A DNA stretch of 64,000 bases from the NCBI RefSeq assembly GCF_006345805.1, contig NC_043002.1, forward strand, positions 37,014,001 to 37,078,000. The letters are read 5' to 3'. The notes under the pieces are model-generated. The model did not search any database. It was not told the DNA's origin and saw nothing but the letters and a program-made list of their open reading frames with translations. This document shows, in pieces, positions 27,581 to 42,299 of this stretch. The stretch comes from Octopus sinensis (taxonomy: Eukaryota). How positions within the stretch are numbered: position 1 is the first letter of the stretch; each line of letters starts with the position of its first letter. A program made the translations under genes and the position numbers.

Positions 27581-29610
27581 ACATCGTTATTGTTATTCTC
27601 AACACTAATTTCCATAATTATCACTCTTTGTTATCATAATCTGGTGCTGCTGTGATTAATAATGATGTTTTTTTTTTTTTTTTGTTTTTTTTTTGTCAAA
27701 GCTATCAAGCATTTATCTTTCCTGCCTTCTTTCTCCTCCTCCTCCTCCTGCTCCTGCTCCTCTTCTTCTTCCTTTATTTTTCTCTTCAGCATTCTCTATA
27801 TTGCTTTCATCATTATTGTCATCTTTATTGTCTCATAACATCAATTTCCACATCATTGCCATTGCTAATCTTACAAATTTTGTATTCCACCACCACCACC
27901 ACCACCGTCAGCATCATCCCCCTACTCACCCACCACAATCATCGTCGTTATCATCATCATCATCGTCATAATCATCGTTACTGTCATTGTCATCATGATT
28001 GCTATCATTGTCATTGTCGTCGTCATCATCAACATCAACATCATCAACAACAACAACAGCAACAACAAGACTAGGAACAAGAACAACAACAGCAACAAGA
28101 ACAAGAACAACAACAACTCTATATCTCTGTTGTTATCATTATCAACATTATTATCTTCATTCCCATTTGTAACATTATCTTACTTCTTCCACCGGAAGAT
28201 TATTCCTAAAACCACCACCAAACAACATCATCTCCATCACCATCACCACATAAACCTCTCTACAATCCAATTTATCTGGATTCTTTTCCTTTCATTTTGC
28301 CATCATTAATTTACCTCCATGAGGTGTCAGAAGGAAGGATACAACCGTGATTAGGATTAATGATCAATTATAAAACGGTTAACATAGAAATATTGTAATA
28401 TATTTTTTGTCAACAAATTGTGTAATCTTTCAAGTTTTGCAACTCAACCATGTCATCATCAATATCTGTGCCTTTGTCATTATCAACATTATCATCTTCA
28501 TTCCTCATTACATTATAGAATGCTTGTTCCCTTCATTATTATTGTCCTCATCTTCACCCCCACCACACGATCCCCACCGCCGCTGCCAACTTTGCCATCA
28601 CCACCACCGTCATTATCATGGTCGTCACTATCATTGTCATTATTATCAACACCTCAGTATCCATTTATTTGGACTCTTACTTCGTTAATATCAACACCAT
28701 TAATTTACCTCCATGAGGTGTCAGAAGGAAGGATACGACTCCAATAAGATTAACAACCAATTATAAAACAGTTAATATTGAAATATTGGAATATTTATTT
28801 ATTTATTTATTTTGTCAACGAGTTGTGTGGCTGAAGTGGGAACTAACACTTCTTGATTGCTTTGAAGTATGAGAATATTGAAATGAACTTAAAATGCAAT
28901 GTTGCAATGTACTAGGACATTATACTATGGTGGTGAGTGGTAGTTTTCTCATGTGTCACCTGATTTAATGCCATCAGCTAAATAACAATGTGTGACATGA
29001 TTTTTTTGTCTTTGTCAGTAAGTGTTATTTCTTAGTTCTATCTAGAAATCAAAGGAAGTGACTACTATTCCCTTCACACTTTGCTTTTGTGACCTGAACA
29101 TCTATGTTTTGAAACTTACCTATTTTCCATTACATTTCAGACAGATTCAGCACTGAATTGCTGAAGCAGAAATATTATAGCAAATGTTCTGCTCAATATA
29201 ACAGATTTGCTTGTCATTTGCATGATCTTAACCACTTGAACATGCTCCTTGGTGGCTGATAATATGTGCATCTTTGATCATGCGCACGTGTAGCAGGGGA
29301 TCATCACAGCCATGTGTCGAAAGGGATTCTTTAGGGTTTGAATAAATGTAACAAAAGCAAAAGTTCAAAGGAAATATCGTCCATTTTTCATACTTAATAG
29401 AGGCAAGCAAATAGGAAATAACAATTGCTACTCATGGAGAAAAATCATGTTACACTGTGTAATGGAATTCTTTTGCAACGTCTACTCTGTTCTAAGCATT
29501 TAGAACCAGATGTCTGGTCTGAGGATTACTAAGTATTTTGACTTGCTTCTTTATTGTTAGCAAAAAGAGTCTCTACACTGTTGTTTAACCTGCTAGAAAT
29601 ATCATTCAAA

Positions 29611-29844
29611 GAAGGTGGCGAGCTGGCAGAAACGTTAGCATGCCAGGAGAAATGCTTTGTGGTATTTCGTCCACCGCTGCGTTCTGAGTTCAAATTCTGT
29701 CAAGGTCAACTTTGCCTTTCATTCTTTCGGGGTCGATAAATTAAGTACCAGTTACACACTGGGGTCGATGTAATCAACTTAATCCATTTGTCTGTCCTTG
29801 TTTGTCCCCTCTATGTTTAACCCTTTGTGGGTAATAAAGAAATA
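29611..29844 (+). mobile_element. SINE family B (about 235 bp) with 16-bp TSD
   Basis: GGCGAGCTGGCAGAAACGTTAGC...GTTCAAATT; AGAAATATCATTCAAA at 29595-29610 and 29845-29860. Confidence 0.9.
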
Positions 29845-32401
29845 AGAAATATCATTCAAATCTTTCTCTCAATTCTCATCTTTTTTGTATACATTAAATA
29901 ATGTAGGTCCCACAAACTTAAATAAAAGAGTGGCTGGTCATAGAATTGGAACAATTTTGATCATAAGTCTGGTCTCGCAAGGTTTACTTTAAAAAAAAAA
30001 ACTCCAAACAATCTGTGAGCCATGGTTTCAGCTTCTCTTTCCTCCTACAAGATTTAGATATCCTTCAAAGTTCAAGGGTCAAGTGCCATACTTCCTTTCT
30101 TGGATATTTAATTCTTGACGAGGTCAAAGCAGTGCTGCCATGATATATAGCATGTATTGAAAATTTAAAGCTGTCTGACACCCTCTGTCTCTCAATCTAA
30201 ACACAGATAATTATTTCATAGAAAATCTGAGAAAGAAGATGACTTGATCCCAGTGTCTGTACTTTTTTATTAACTCCAAATTGATAAAAGGTAAAGTTGA
30301 TTTCAGCAGGATTTGAACTCAGAGCACAGAGAGCAGCAAAGAACTTTTCAAAGTATTCTATATGACACTGAAGTAACTCAGTCAGCTCTTTGCTTTTTCT
30401 GTACAACAGTATTATACTAAATTGGACTGCACTACAATCTTAAGTAAATTCCCTCAAACACCTCAATAGATCATTATTCCATTTATCTTGATTACATCAT
30501 CATCCTACCTGGCATCACCATATTCCTTGCTCACCTCCTCCCCATTATTTTCAACATTATTCACACACAGACGAACATACACACACACACTCAAAATCTT
30601 GGTTGAAGAAAATATAATTAATTATGCTATCTTTGCTCTTCCTTAAACTAATTTGATTATGTTTTCAATGTCACAAATGTTACCAATCATTTCGTTATGT
30701 GCACAAAGATGCCTCTGTGCAATTGTTAAAATCTGTCACAAAAAAGCTAATAAATTTCCTTTAAGTCAGCTCTTAAAGACTTAAAAGAAATAAAATGTGT
30801 ATAAGACAGGTTGACAATCACCTATTTGACACCATCGACTTGCTGCTGACTTATTTGAATCAGACGTCTTCATGTCTCCCTAGAGGTGCAGCTGTGGCTG
30901 TGTAATAAGAAACTTGCTTCCAGCCACATGGTTCCAGGTTCAGTCCCATTGCGTGGCACCTTGGGCAAGTGTCTTCTACTACTTTGTGAGTGGATTTGGT
31001 ACATACTGAAAGATGCTTGTCACACACACACACACACACACATGTATGTATATATTTCTGTCTGTGTTTGTCCCTCCTTCACTGCTTGACAACCACTGTT
31101 GGTGAGTTTACATCCCTGTAACTTAGCAGTCTGGCAAAAGTAATTGACAGAATAAGTGCTAGGCTTAAGTAATAAGTGCTGGAGTCGATTTGCGCAACTA
31201 AAAAAAAGTCTCTTCAAGGTGGTGCTCCAGCATGGCCACAGTCAAATGACTGAAACAAGTAAAAGAATAAAAGAATATCTACATTTCTGCACATGTGTGT
31301 GTGTGCATGTGTAAATATACATCTGTGTTTGCCTCCTGCTCCTCCTCCTCCTCCTCCTGCTCCTCCTGCTCCTCCTCCTGCTCCTGCTCCTCCTCCTGCT
31401 CCTCCTGCTCCTCCTCCTCTTCATCTCATCATCATTACCATCTTCCTCCTCATCCATCCTACACCCCACCCCATCCTCCTCTTCATCACATCGTCATTAC
31501 CATCCTCCTCCTCATCCATCCTACACCGCCCCCATCATCATCATCATCATCATCATCATCTTCATCATCATGTCATGCAGTGGAATTGAGCCCAAATTCT
31601 CATAATTGCAAAACAAGCATCTAAACCAATCAGCTATGCTTTACATCCATAAAAATTCCCTATACTATAAACACTGACATACGCACAAGAAATGCCATCT
31701 TAAGTATACAAGTATGTTTCAGTTGAATGAAATAAGATTGTTATTAGTCACTTCAAATTTTGGTAACAAACTGAAATTATTAGTTGCTACTGTCTAAGAG
31801 AGAACTTAAGTTATCACTTATTATAAGAGTGGTGCCTCATTAACTCTTATACCTCGTTGGTGTCCAATCATACTAGGTCTTATGGAAAAATATAATTGGA
31901 TGCAATAGATGGTAATAGCAAATATCAAAATACCTAAAAAGGATTAAATAGATGTAAAGAAAATAAAACAAACACTAGATATCAAACTCTCTGAAGATAA
32001 TCTATGAACACGCACACACACACATATATATACAAATATAGCGCCACCCCGACTGGCCTCCGTGCCGGTGGCATGTAAAAAGCACCATCCGATTGTGGCC
32101 GTTTGCCAGCCTCATCTGGCACCTGTGCAGGTGGCACATAAAAAGCACCCACTACACTCTCAGAGTGGTTGGCCTTAAGAAGGGCATCCAGCTGTAGAAA
32201 CACTGCCACATCAGACTGGGCCTGGCGCAGTCTCCTGGTTTCCCAGACCCCAGTTGAACCGTCCAACCCATGCTAGCATGGAAAACGGACGTTAAATGAT
32301 GATGATGATATACATATACACACATACATACATATATATATATTTGTATGTATATATGTCTATATAAAATGGACATTAAATAATGCTGGCAATGACAATG
32401 A

Positions 32402-32439
<38 letters not shown>

Positions 32440-32751
32440 GTGTATTTTCCTCTTGTTAACAATTAACACGGAAAAAAATAGATAAATAGTTATCAGGGTA
32501 GCAAAAAATCACATAAGTAAAGAGGTTGTAACTCCTTGTTTTTAAAGGTAGAAACTTCGGGTTTACGTGCAATTTTTTGTATAATATATAAATAAATAAA
32601 TGGAGGTTAATGCAGGTATAATTCAAATAATTTTACTTCCGACATGTTTCGAAGATATCACTGATATTATCAGTGAAATCTTCGAAACATGTGTCTGAAG
32701 TAAAAGTATTTGAATTATACCTGCATTAAACTCCATTTATATATATATATA

Positions 32752-32903
32752 GGCACAGGAGTGGTAAGAAGCTCACTTCCTAACCACATGGTTCTGGGTT
32801 CAGTCTCACTGCCTGATACTTTGGGCAAGTGTCTTCTATTATAGCCTTGGGGTGACCAAAGCCTTGTGAATGGATTTGGTAGATGGAAACTGAAAGAAGC
32901 CTG

Positions 32904-32943
<40 letters not shown>

Positions 32944-33160
32944 TTGTGTGTCTGTGGTTGTCCCCCCACCCCATCAGTGCTTGACAACTGATGTCGGTGT
33001 GTTTACGTCCCTGTAACTTAGCGGTTCGGCAAAACAGATTGATAAAATAAGTACTAGGCTTACAAAGAATAAATCTTGGGGTTGATTTGTTTGACTAAAG
33101 GTGGTGCTCTAGCATGGCCACAGTCAAATGACTGAGACAATTAAAAGAATAAAAGAATAT
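32752..33160 (+). mobile_element. SINE family A; further or partial copies about 4437-4575, 5822-5940(-), 6538-6700, 23880-24135(-), 26232-26945, 30885-31275, 34002-34160, 47655-47790(-), 50039-50215, 50291-50470(-)
   Basis: Shared head and tail sequences. Confidence 0.82.
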
Positions 33161-33166
33161 ATGTTC

Positions 33167-33197
<31 letters not shown>

Positions 33198-33335
33198 CAT
33201 ATATACATACATACATATATACATACATACATATATACATACATATATACATACATACATACATTATACATACATACATACATACATACATAATATATAC
33301 ATATATACATACATATATATATATATATAATATAT

Positions 33336-33410
<75 letters not shown>

Positions 33411-34187
33411 ACAGATAGCCATTTATTATATTGTAAGTTTTTCAACTCTTGCATTAAGATTTATTTGTACATATGCATATAGATATTGTCCTCTCTCTGT
33501 ACGTGTACAGTTTAAAGGAAGAAAATGAAAATCCGAAAAATATACAAAAAAAAAATTTTAGAAAAAAAATTTTAGAAAAATATAGAAAATCTAAATTCAA
33601 ATGAAGCAAAATAAATGAAATATAGGAAAAATATCTTGCAGTAACAAAGTGAGAAGCAAAAACCAAAACAGAAACCAAAGAGAAAACAAACAAAAAGACA
33701 AAACAAATGAAAGGAAACAAAAAGCAAAAACAGATAGGATAGTCAGAAAATATCTCATTGGGAAAGTACTATTGTAATTATTGCTGAAGGCCTGCCGTAT
33801 GGTTTCTCCCTGAAGCTGTATTCTTCATTACTCTTTACTGTTTGCCAGTTAAGGGGGAAAAAGAGAACAAGGAAAGAATGGAACTGATGACTGGGGAAAG
33901 ATGGTAAAATGAAGTAGCAGGAAACAAACCACTTGTGAAGCAGGTAGGTGATGAATTGGAAGTAAGCTTACCAAAGAAAGCTGAAAGATTTAATTTTTGT
34001 TAGGCATGGCTGTGTGGTAAGAAGTTTGCTTTCCAACGACATGGTTTTGGGTTCAGTCCCACAGCACGAGACCCCAGGCAAGGATTTTCTAATATAGCTT
34101 CAGCCTGACCCAAGCCTTGTGAGTTGATTTGCTAGAGAGGAACTGAAGGAAGCTTGTTGCATATGTGTGTGTGTGTGTGTGTATATG

Positions 34188-34242
<55 letters not shown>

Positions 34243-34259
34243 ATATATCTATATCTATA

Positions 34260-34283
34260 TATATAGATAATATATATATACCT

Positions 34284-34320
<37 letters not shown>

Positions 34321-34600
34321 TAGATAATATATATATATATATACCTATATATATACATACATACATATACATATATAGATAATATATATATCTATATATA
34401 TATACATACATATACATATATAGATAATATATATATACCTATATATATATACATACATATATATATATATAGATAATATATATACCTATATATATATACA
34501 TACATATATATATATAGATAATATATATACCTATATATATATACATACATATATATATAGATAATATATATACCTATATACATACATATATATATATATT
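34260..34600. repeat. Higher-order minisatellite, about 7 units of about 42-57 bp within (TA)n
   Basis: Recurrent TAGATAAT-(AT)n-ACCTAT-(AT)n-ACATACAT unit. Confidence 0.85.
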
Positions 34601-35013
34601 TATATATATATATCAAGCACGAGTCACCAGTAATTACTCAGGGTAGGCAGTTGGTGATCTTTATCTAGTAAAACATAAAAAATAAGTGAACATGGGCATG
34701 TGACTGAGTTGTAGACAGATTTAGTTTTGCCTTCATAGTGTGTAAAGAAAACATTGTTGTAGGAATGTACGCAGCACATGTACTACAGCAGTTTTATGTG
34801 TAGCTTTAATACTGAGATTGAAAGGTAGGGACAAATTATCCCTACCTAATCTACAAAAAATAAAATATTTTGCATTTTATGAATAGTAATCAGAGTAACC
34901 TTCATAATGTTATTGAATTAGGTGCATATTTTGCCATAAAGAGAAAATACTACTATCAATCTATTTTATTCATGGTAGGCACTGCCTACCTTGCCTACTC
35001 AGGCCACATGTCC

Positions 35014-35064
<51 letters not shown>

Positions 35065-35267
35065 TAGGGGTTTGCTCCCCTGCTTGCAATATATTGGACA
35101 CAGGTTGTGTCATTAACCAGCTGGAGATGTTCACCTGGGGTTAAAAAAGAGTAGTAGTGTCATTCTGTATGGAACAGCCATGTTGAAGTGGCAACAAACA
35201 TTACTTTTCAGTAGTGTTTTCAGAACTAGCTACTTTGCTTCTTTATATATATATATATGTATATATA

Positions 35268-35606
35268 CTGAGACCTCCTTCTGTCATGACTGACCATGGG
35301 ATTGCACCTAGAAAGTTACCCTCCCAGACACAAGTCCAGGCAAGGTTGTTTATGGAAGAACAGCAGTCGCCCATGCATACTGGCCTCTCCTCTCCATGTC
35401 ACCAGTGTTATCCAAGGGAAAGGCAAAGGCTGATACAGCTTGGCACCTGTGACGTCGCAGCTCATTTCTACAGCTGAGTAAACTGGAGCAACATGAGATA
35501 CAGTGTCTTGCTCAAGAACACAACATGCAGCCCAGTCCGGGTTTTGAACTCACAACCTGACGATCATAAGCTCAACGCTCTAACCACTAAGCCATGTGCC
35601 TTCACA
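35268..35606 (-). mobile_element. tRNA-derived SINE family E
   Basis: Minus-strand head TGGCTTAGTGG...GAGTTCAAAACCC followed by TTCTTGAGCAAGACAC. Confidence 0.7.
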
Positions 35607-35905
35607 TGCTGCATGGAATTTTGTCAGTGAACAGGTTGTGGTGTCAGAGCGACGAAAATATTTTGGCAACTTAAATTTAAATGTTGAAGAGAGTCTAACG
35701 GTTTTTATGTGTTTCTTAAATGGCTTATAAACACCTTTCACGCTGCAATTGCTTTCGTTCCAGTACACGATCTCAGATCAGGTCACTTGCTATGCAAGTA
35801 CATCTCCGTAATATATATATATATATAAATATAGATATATTTGGTATGATAGATCATTAGCCACTAAACCTTTTTCTATTTTCTCTCCCTGTTTATTTCT
35901 GTGTT

Positions 35906-35943
35906 CCTTTCTGTCGAAGAGCGTAGGCTCGAAATGTAAAAGA
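35906..35943 (+). ncRNA. Hammerhead-like variant with CUGU-N-GA core
   Basis: CCTTT CTGTCGA A GAGC GTAG GCTC GAAA T GTA AAAGA. Confidence 0.45.
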
Positions 35944-36030
35944 CTTTCTCATTTCCCGAGCATTAAACTAAATACATCTGTTTGTTGTTTACACACCTGT
36001 CTTTATCTTCTATTTTTTTGTAAATTCTCA

Positions 36031-36079
<49 letters not shown>

Positions 36080-36088
36080 ATATATATA

Positions 36089-36164
<76 letters not shown>

Positions 36165-36240
36165 CATAAATATATATATATATAATATATATACATAAAT
36201 ATATATATATATATACATAAATATATATATATATATATAC

Positions 36241-36301
<61 letters not shown>

Positions 36302-36957
36302 AAAGGTTTGGTGCTGCAAACAGGAAAAATAAAACACAAAATGTGAATATATGTGAATTGTATTGTATTTACTAACATATGTATGTGTGTCTACATGTAT
36401 GTGTCTGTGGGTGTATGTGTGTATGTGTGTGTTTGTGTGTGTGGTATGTGCATGCATATATATGTGTGTGAGTCTTTGTATTTGTATCTGTCACACCACT
36501 GCTTGACAACTGGTGTTGGTTTGTTTACAACCCTGTAACTTAGCAGTAGACTTACAAAAAAAAAAAATTTATGTATGTTATCGCCAAATATAAAAGTAGT
36601 CATTATCCTCAGGCTTTAGAAAACTTATATTAATTCTTACTAATACTCATCATCCCCACCCTCCTCTCCTTCTCTTCTAACATTCGTCTTCTGTGAAGGT
36701 ACTAGCTGGCCCCGTGCCATCAAAAATGAAAGAATAGAGTATGGAGGAAGGAACTGGAATAGGTTTCTTGCTGTAATGAGGATACATGCTGTTCATATTA
36801 TACAGGTGTAGATAGATGTAATCAGTGTGGTGCTGGAAAGATGGTAATGATGAGGATATCAAGGTGGGCCTGGGGCCAGAAGAACAGAAATAATGGCTGA
36901 ATAGAAAGTTCTATTTTTCCTGTTTGTATCACCAAACCTATATATATATATATATGT

Positions 36958-37036
<79 letters not shown>

Positions 37037-37814
37037 AGCCTCCTGTGTACATAAACATGTAATGTGAAAGTGTCTTTTATGTTATTTACTTTCAGGTAGT
37101 CGCAGTAGTTTTAAAGTCGTATCAGATATATTTGTTGCAACATATGGAAATGTAGAAATATGCGAACACAAAGTGAAATAAAATTCTAAATAATGTTTCA
37201 ACTCCAGAATAAAAAAATCATTTCTCTCTTTTTGCTCTCTTTCTCTTTCTCTCTCTCTCTCTTCTATCTTCAAATTAATGTTTAAGAAATGAATAAAAAA
37301 TGAAATCTCTTTGGCAATTAATAAATATATTAAACTGGATATTAGATTGGAGCCTGGTGCAGCCTTCTGGCTTGCCTACTCCCAGTCAAACCTTCCAAAC
37401 CATGCCAGCATGGAAAGCGGACATTGAATGATGATGATGATATTAATGATCATCATCATTGCTTAACGTCTGCCTTCCATGCTGGCATGGGTAGATCACA
37501 GTATTGAGCAGACTATTGAATGTTATACATCACTGGTCACAATGCACTTCACATCATTTTAGCTTTTGAATTATGCCACCCCACTGGCTAATTTGAGCAG
37601 GCCAACATACCTCCACAAACAGGAAGGCTATTCCATTGCAGTGTTGCCCTTTTACAGCTGAGTGGACTCGAGCAATGTGAAATGAAATGTTCTGCTCAAG
37701 AACCTAATGTGCTGCCCAGTCCAGGAGTCAAACCCATGATCTGCCAATCATGAATGCAGCATCCAAACCATTAGGCCACACACCTTCACGTGTGTGTGTG
37801 TGCATAACTATATT

Positions 37815-38119
37815 TATTAATTTGTTGTTGTTCCTTCTTGAGTCGCACCTGGCTCATAGGGCCAGTTTCCTTGGCATATAGGTTCCCCACCTGGATGGGA
37901 TACCAGTCTGTCGCAGGTGAGCTGCAAGATACAGGAGGAAAGAGTGAGAGAAAGTTGTGGCAAAAGAGTCAGCAGAAGTTCGCCATTACCTTCTGCCGGA
38001 GACGTGTGGAGCTTAGGTGTTTTGCTCATAAACACACACATCGGCCAGTCTGAAATTCGAACCTGCAATCCATCAACTGTGAGTCTGCTGCTCTAACCAC
38101 TAGGCCACGTGCCTCCACA
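37815..38119 (-). mobile_element. SINE family D subfamily (3' end like the 43924 copy)
   Basis: Reverse-complement similarity to 43924-44236. Confidence 0.75.
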
Positions 38120-38185
38120 TTTATTCATTTATTTATCATAATTGTAGAAGAAGAATGGTGGCAAAGATTTCAATGTTACAGCCTG

Positions 38186-38223
38186 CTGATGATGGCTAGC
38201 AGGTCAAAACTTTAAGGTCACTA
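38186..38223 (+). ncRNA. Highly degenerate hammerhead motif, solo terminus of the same family as 43393
   Basis: CTGATGA TGGC TAGC AGGTC AAAA CTTTAAG GTC ACT; downstream flank resembles 43436-43510. Confidence 0.3.
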
Positions 38224-40133
38224 TTACCACTCTTTAAAAATATAATAAATATTATGTACTCTACAAAAGTATTAACTAATACTTCAGTTTAATGTAAGAT
38301 TGTTTTTTATTATAACTAGACATAAAAAACAATCATTAATACATGAATGTGTGTACGTGTGCACGCACACACATGTGTTAGGAAGGGCAGCCAGTTGTAG
38401 AAACCATGCCACAATAGACAATTGGAATCTGGACAGCTCCCTGGCTGGCCAGCTCCTTTCAAATCATCCAAATTATGCCAGCATGGAAAACAGATGTTAA
38501 GCAATGATGATGAAATCTTTCCTATATATATATTACAACTAACATTTGTGGATACATTTCCCTCTTACATAAAAATATACGTTTAAATTCATGTTTAGTA
38601 TATCAGAGTGTAGAAAGATAACTTTATTGCTTAGCCCCAATATTTCCTGGATGTCATGCTAAAACTTTCAAAATCACAAAGTAAGCTGTTGATTAAACAA
38701 AAGACTTGACATCCTAAAGGAAGTGCAGTGGGATGGGATAAGATCATAAATTTTTATTCTATCACTTATATTCTCTTGTGTTCTCAAGCATGTCACCCAA
38801 TATAACCATGCAATATTTACCAGTTACATAAACAGATGAAAATTAAAATCAAAACAGGTGGAGTGGAAACAGCTCCATAGAGAATGATTTGATGTAGAAG
38901 GAGAAGTTTCATAATGTCTTGTAAATTATTTGGTATGAACACTCTAAATAATTATATATGGCATTAAGCCCTGATCATGAGATAGCTTGTGACAAACTAA
39001 AATGCACTTACCCCTATTCTAAGATAGCTCATGTAAATCCACCCCTCTACTATTTGCTGACACATAACCCCAAGATAATTCATGCTTTGGTTGGTGCTTG
39101 TAAAACCAATTAATTTAGTTGTCATTGGAATTTCTTATACTGACCAATCTAAAAACGTTTTACTAATGTTATTGGCAAGTTTTGGTATACAATTTAGTTA
39201 TACAAACCAATTTCAATGCATTCCTACTCACTGCAGAAACATAACAATGATGGGTAAAAACAGCTAGTCACTCTTGTTGCTAGTGTAAAGAGGCACAACA
39301 TCTTTTTAGTCTCTAATGCCTGTTAATTAAGATCATTGAAAATCCTTTGATGATGATGATGATGGTGGTGGTGGTAGTGGTGGTAGTGTGGTGACGATGA
39401 TGAAGATGATGATGATGATGATGGCTGGCAGAATCATAAAAGTGTTGGAAGAAAAAAATGCCTTGTGGTACTGGTTCTGGCTGTATACATCTGAGTTCAA
39501 ATCAGTTGGGGTCAACTTTGTCTTTCAAAACTTTCAGGGTTAATAAAATAAGATACCAGTCAAGTACTAGGGTCAATATGTATAATTTGAAAGAAACAAG
39601 TTAACTGACTATATTGACTACACTTGTGCCTGTCTTTGAAGCTATTAATAATATTATTGTTATTGAGGGTTTGTTTAAATTTCTTTAATGAATACAAGAG
39701 AAAAACAGTATCAAGTTAGTTGTCTGTGAAGGAATAAGAGAAAAGCACACTGAACACACGAAGAACAGACTGGTTATGAAAACAACATCAACAGTCTCTT
39801 GGTAGATGTATCTGAGCTTTCAGCAGGATGTAGATCCCCTACTAATTTTCCAGCAGATAAAATCTTCACGGGTTTGTCCAGAATGGAACAACGTGTATGG
39901 CAGTCTCAGATAGCCACGGAATACTTCTCAGCTTGTATGGATGGGTTGCCTAAAATATTTTCCATCTTTTTCCTTTTTTTTTATATATATATTGTACCTT
40001 TCTCTAATGACAATATATACTGATCACTAATTATGTAGCAAAATTTCATTGTTACAATTAATTATAAATGACTACATACATACATGCATAAATACATACT
40101 TACATACATATACATACATATACATACATACTT

Positions 40134-40186
<53 letters not shown>

Positions 40187-40282
40187 ACCCAAACATGAAC
40201 AAAGAGAAAATACAACAATGCAAGGACGTGGAACAAGTATAATGTTGCTGGACGTTCAAGGAAAAGAAAGAAAGAAGAAGGA

Positions 40283-40315
40283 TTTAACATTTCGAGCGGA
40301 GCTCTTCAACAGAAA
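40283..40315 (-). ncRNA. Hammerhead-like variant with CUGU-N-GA core and different flanks
   Basis: Minus strand: TTT CTGTTGA A GAGC TCC GCTC GAAA T GTT AAA. Confidence 0.4.
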
Positions 40316-41892
40316 CATAGAAAAAGGAAAGGTCTAAGGGAAGATGGAAAACGAAAATCGCCAACGATACACAAGTGGTCTCACACACACACACACATAT
40401 ATGTATACACACATGAACATTTGTGTCCTACACTTCTCTATGGAAAACACCAATATCTGCTAAAAAGCACTATCTGAAAATACTACTACAAAAAAATAGT
40501 AAGTTCTATCAAAAGATTCAGATGGAAAAATTTACCATTACAAAAAAGACCAAATGGAAAACCAGCCTTCAACAACAGTTAAATGTCCACCTTCCATAGC
40601 TACAACTCTTCAAAGATGACCTATGTAGAATGATCGAGCAAATAAAACTCAACAAGTGAGCCAACAAACTGCAGAAAGAGTTGAAGCAGAAAATCAACTG
40701 AATAAAAACAAACCTGAATTTGTAAAATTGGATGAGACAAGCAACCTCTACCAGATAAGTCATCCTACTTATAACTGCTTTCTTTCTAACACAATATCTA
40801 ACATATACAAAAACATGAAATATGCAACTTTAAATGATATAAACACCACAGCCAAAGAAATAGCCACTAAATTAGGATAAATGATAAAGTAGACACATTA
40901 ACACCACAATCCTCAAATATAACCATGAAAGACCACAAGCCAAACATCAAAAGCAACCCATCTGTCAGACTTATAAATCCTTTGAAACCAGACAAAAAAA
41001 AAAAGATCATAGACAAATTTTCACCAAAAACTAAGAACAATATTGTCTGGAGTAACACATATGAAGTAATAGATTGGTTCAATAAGATTCTAAACAAAAA
41101 TGAATGCCATTTCTTCCAGTTTGACATCAGAGATTATTACATGTCAATATCAAATTTTTTTCTTATAGCTGCTTTGAACTTCACTAAAGCTGTAACCACA
41201 GTAAATGACACCAACATAGAAACAATATTACAAACAAGGAAATAACTCCTCTCCCATAACAATTCTTTCTGGATTACAAAAAACACTAAAGGATCATCTG
41301 ATCTAAGCATGGCATCAAAGGACTTGGCAGAGGTAAGTGACTCTGAACTAGTCTCTTCATGCCAGCATAAAATCTTAAAAACATTAAAACATTTCAAATC
41401 AATAATTTTTACTAATGGCTAAACATCTCACCAGCTTCTCTCCTTCCACCTGCACCATAAACTATCCCCATAACATGCATAACAAACACTTTTACAGCTT
41501 CATACTAAACAAGTACAGTAGAAATTATCTAGAAGTTTCCCTGTCCCCAACTAAAATCTCCACAAAATATTTTCCAATAGAAGTGCACAAATCTACATGC
41601 ACACACATAAATATATATTTGTAAGTAAGCAAGTTGGAAAACACTTTTCTTTTTAATTCATCATTTTAACTAAATATCTAAAAAAATTTAAATCAAGTTT
41701 TAAAATTAAATTTTATTTTTATTCTCATTTATATATATGAGTATATACAGTTTTTTATAATGCTCCACTTTTACATATATCCATAGGCCTAAAATAATAC
41801 ATCTTAAAATACTCACTTTTAAAACAGAATTGAAGAGCATTATTCACATTATTTACAATTGATGGATATTTGTCCTCAACTTGTTTGTTGTT

Positions 41893-41938
41893 AACACAAC
41901 ATTTCGGCTGATATACCCTCCAACCTTCATCAGGTGTC
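41893..41938 (-). ncRNA. Minimal type I hammerhead-like motif (left arm of fold-back element)
   Basis: Minus strand: GACAC CTGATGA A GGTTG GAGGGTATAT CAGCC GAAA T GTT GTGTT. Confidence 0.6.
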
Positions 41939-42213
41939 TTGGGGAAAATTCAAACATGGGTTCTCCTTCCTAAGGTATTTTTCGATGATGTTGTTGTTGT
42001 TATTATTATTATTATTATCATTATTATTATTATTATTATTATCATTATTTTAAATATTATCCAGGTCACTGCCTGGAATTGAACTCGGAATCTTGGGGTG
42101 AATAGCCTGCACACTTAATCACTACGCTATATGCCCGTGGGCATAGTGGTTAAGAGCGTAGACTATTAACCCCAAAATTCCAAGTTCAATTCCAAGCAGT
42201 GACATGAATAATG

Positions 42214-42247
<34 letters not shown>

Positions 42248-42299
42248 CAACATCGAAAATTACCTTAGGAATGAGAACCCAGGTTTGAAATTTCCCCAG

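Noticed and set aside
37398-37490. About 40-bp inverted repeat suggesting a pre-miRNA
   Set aside because: Explained by two RTE 3' ends joined tail to tail at their (GAT)n tails.
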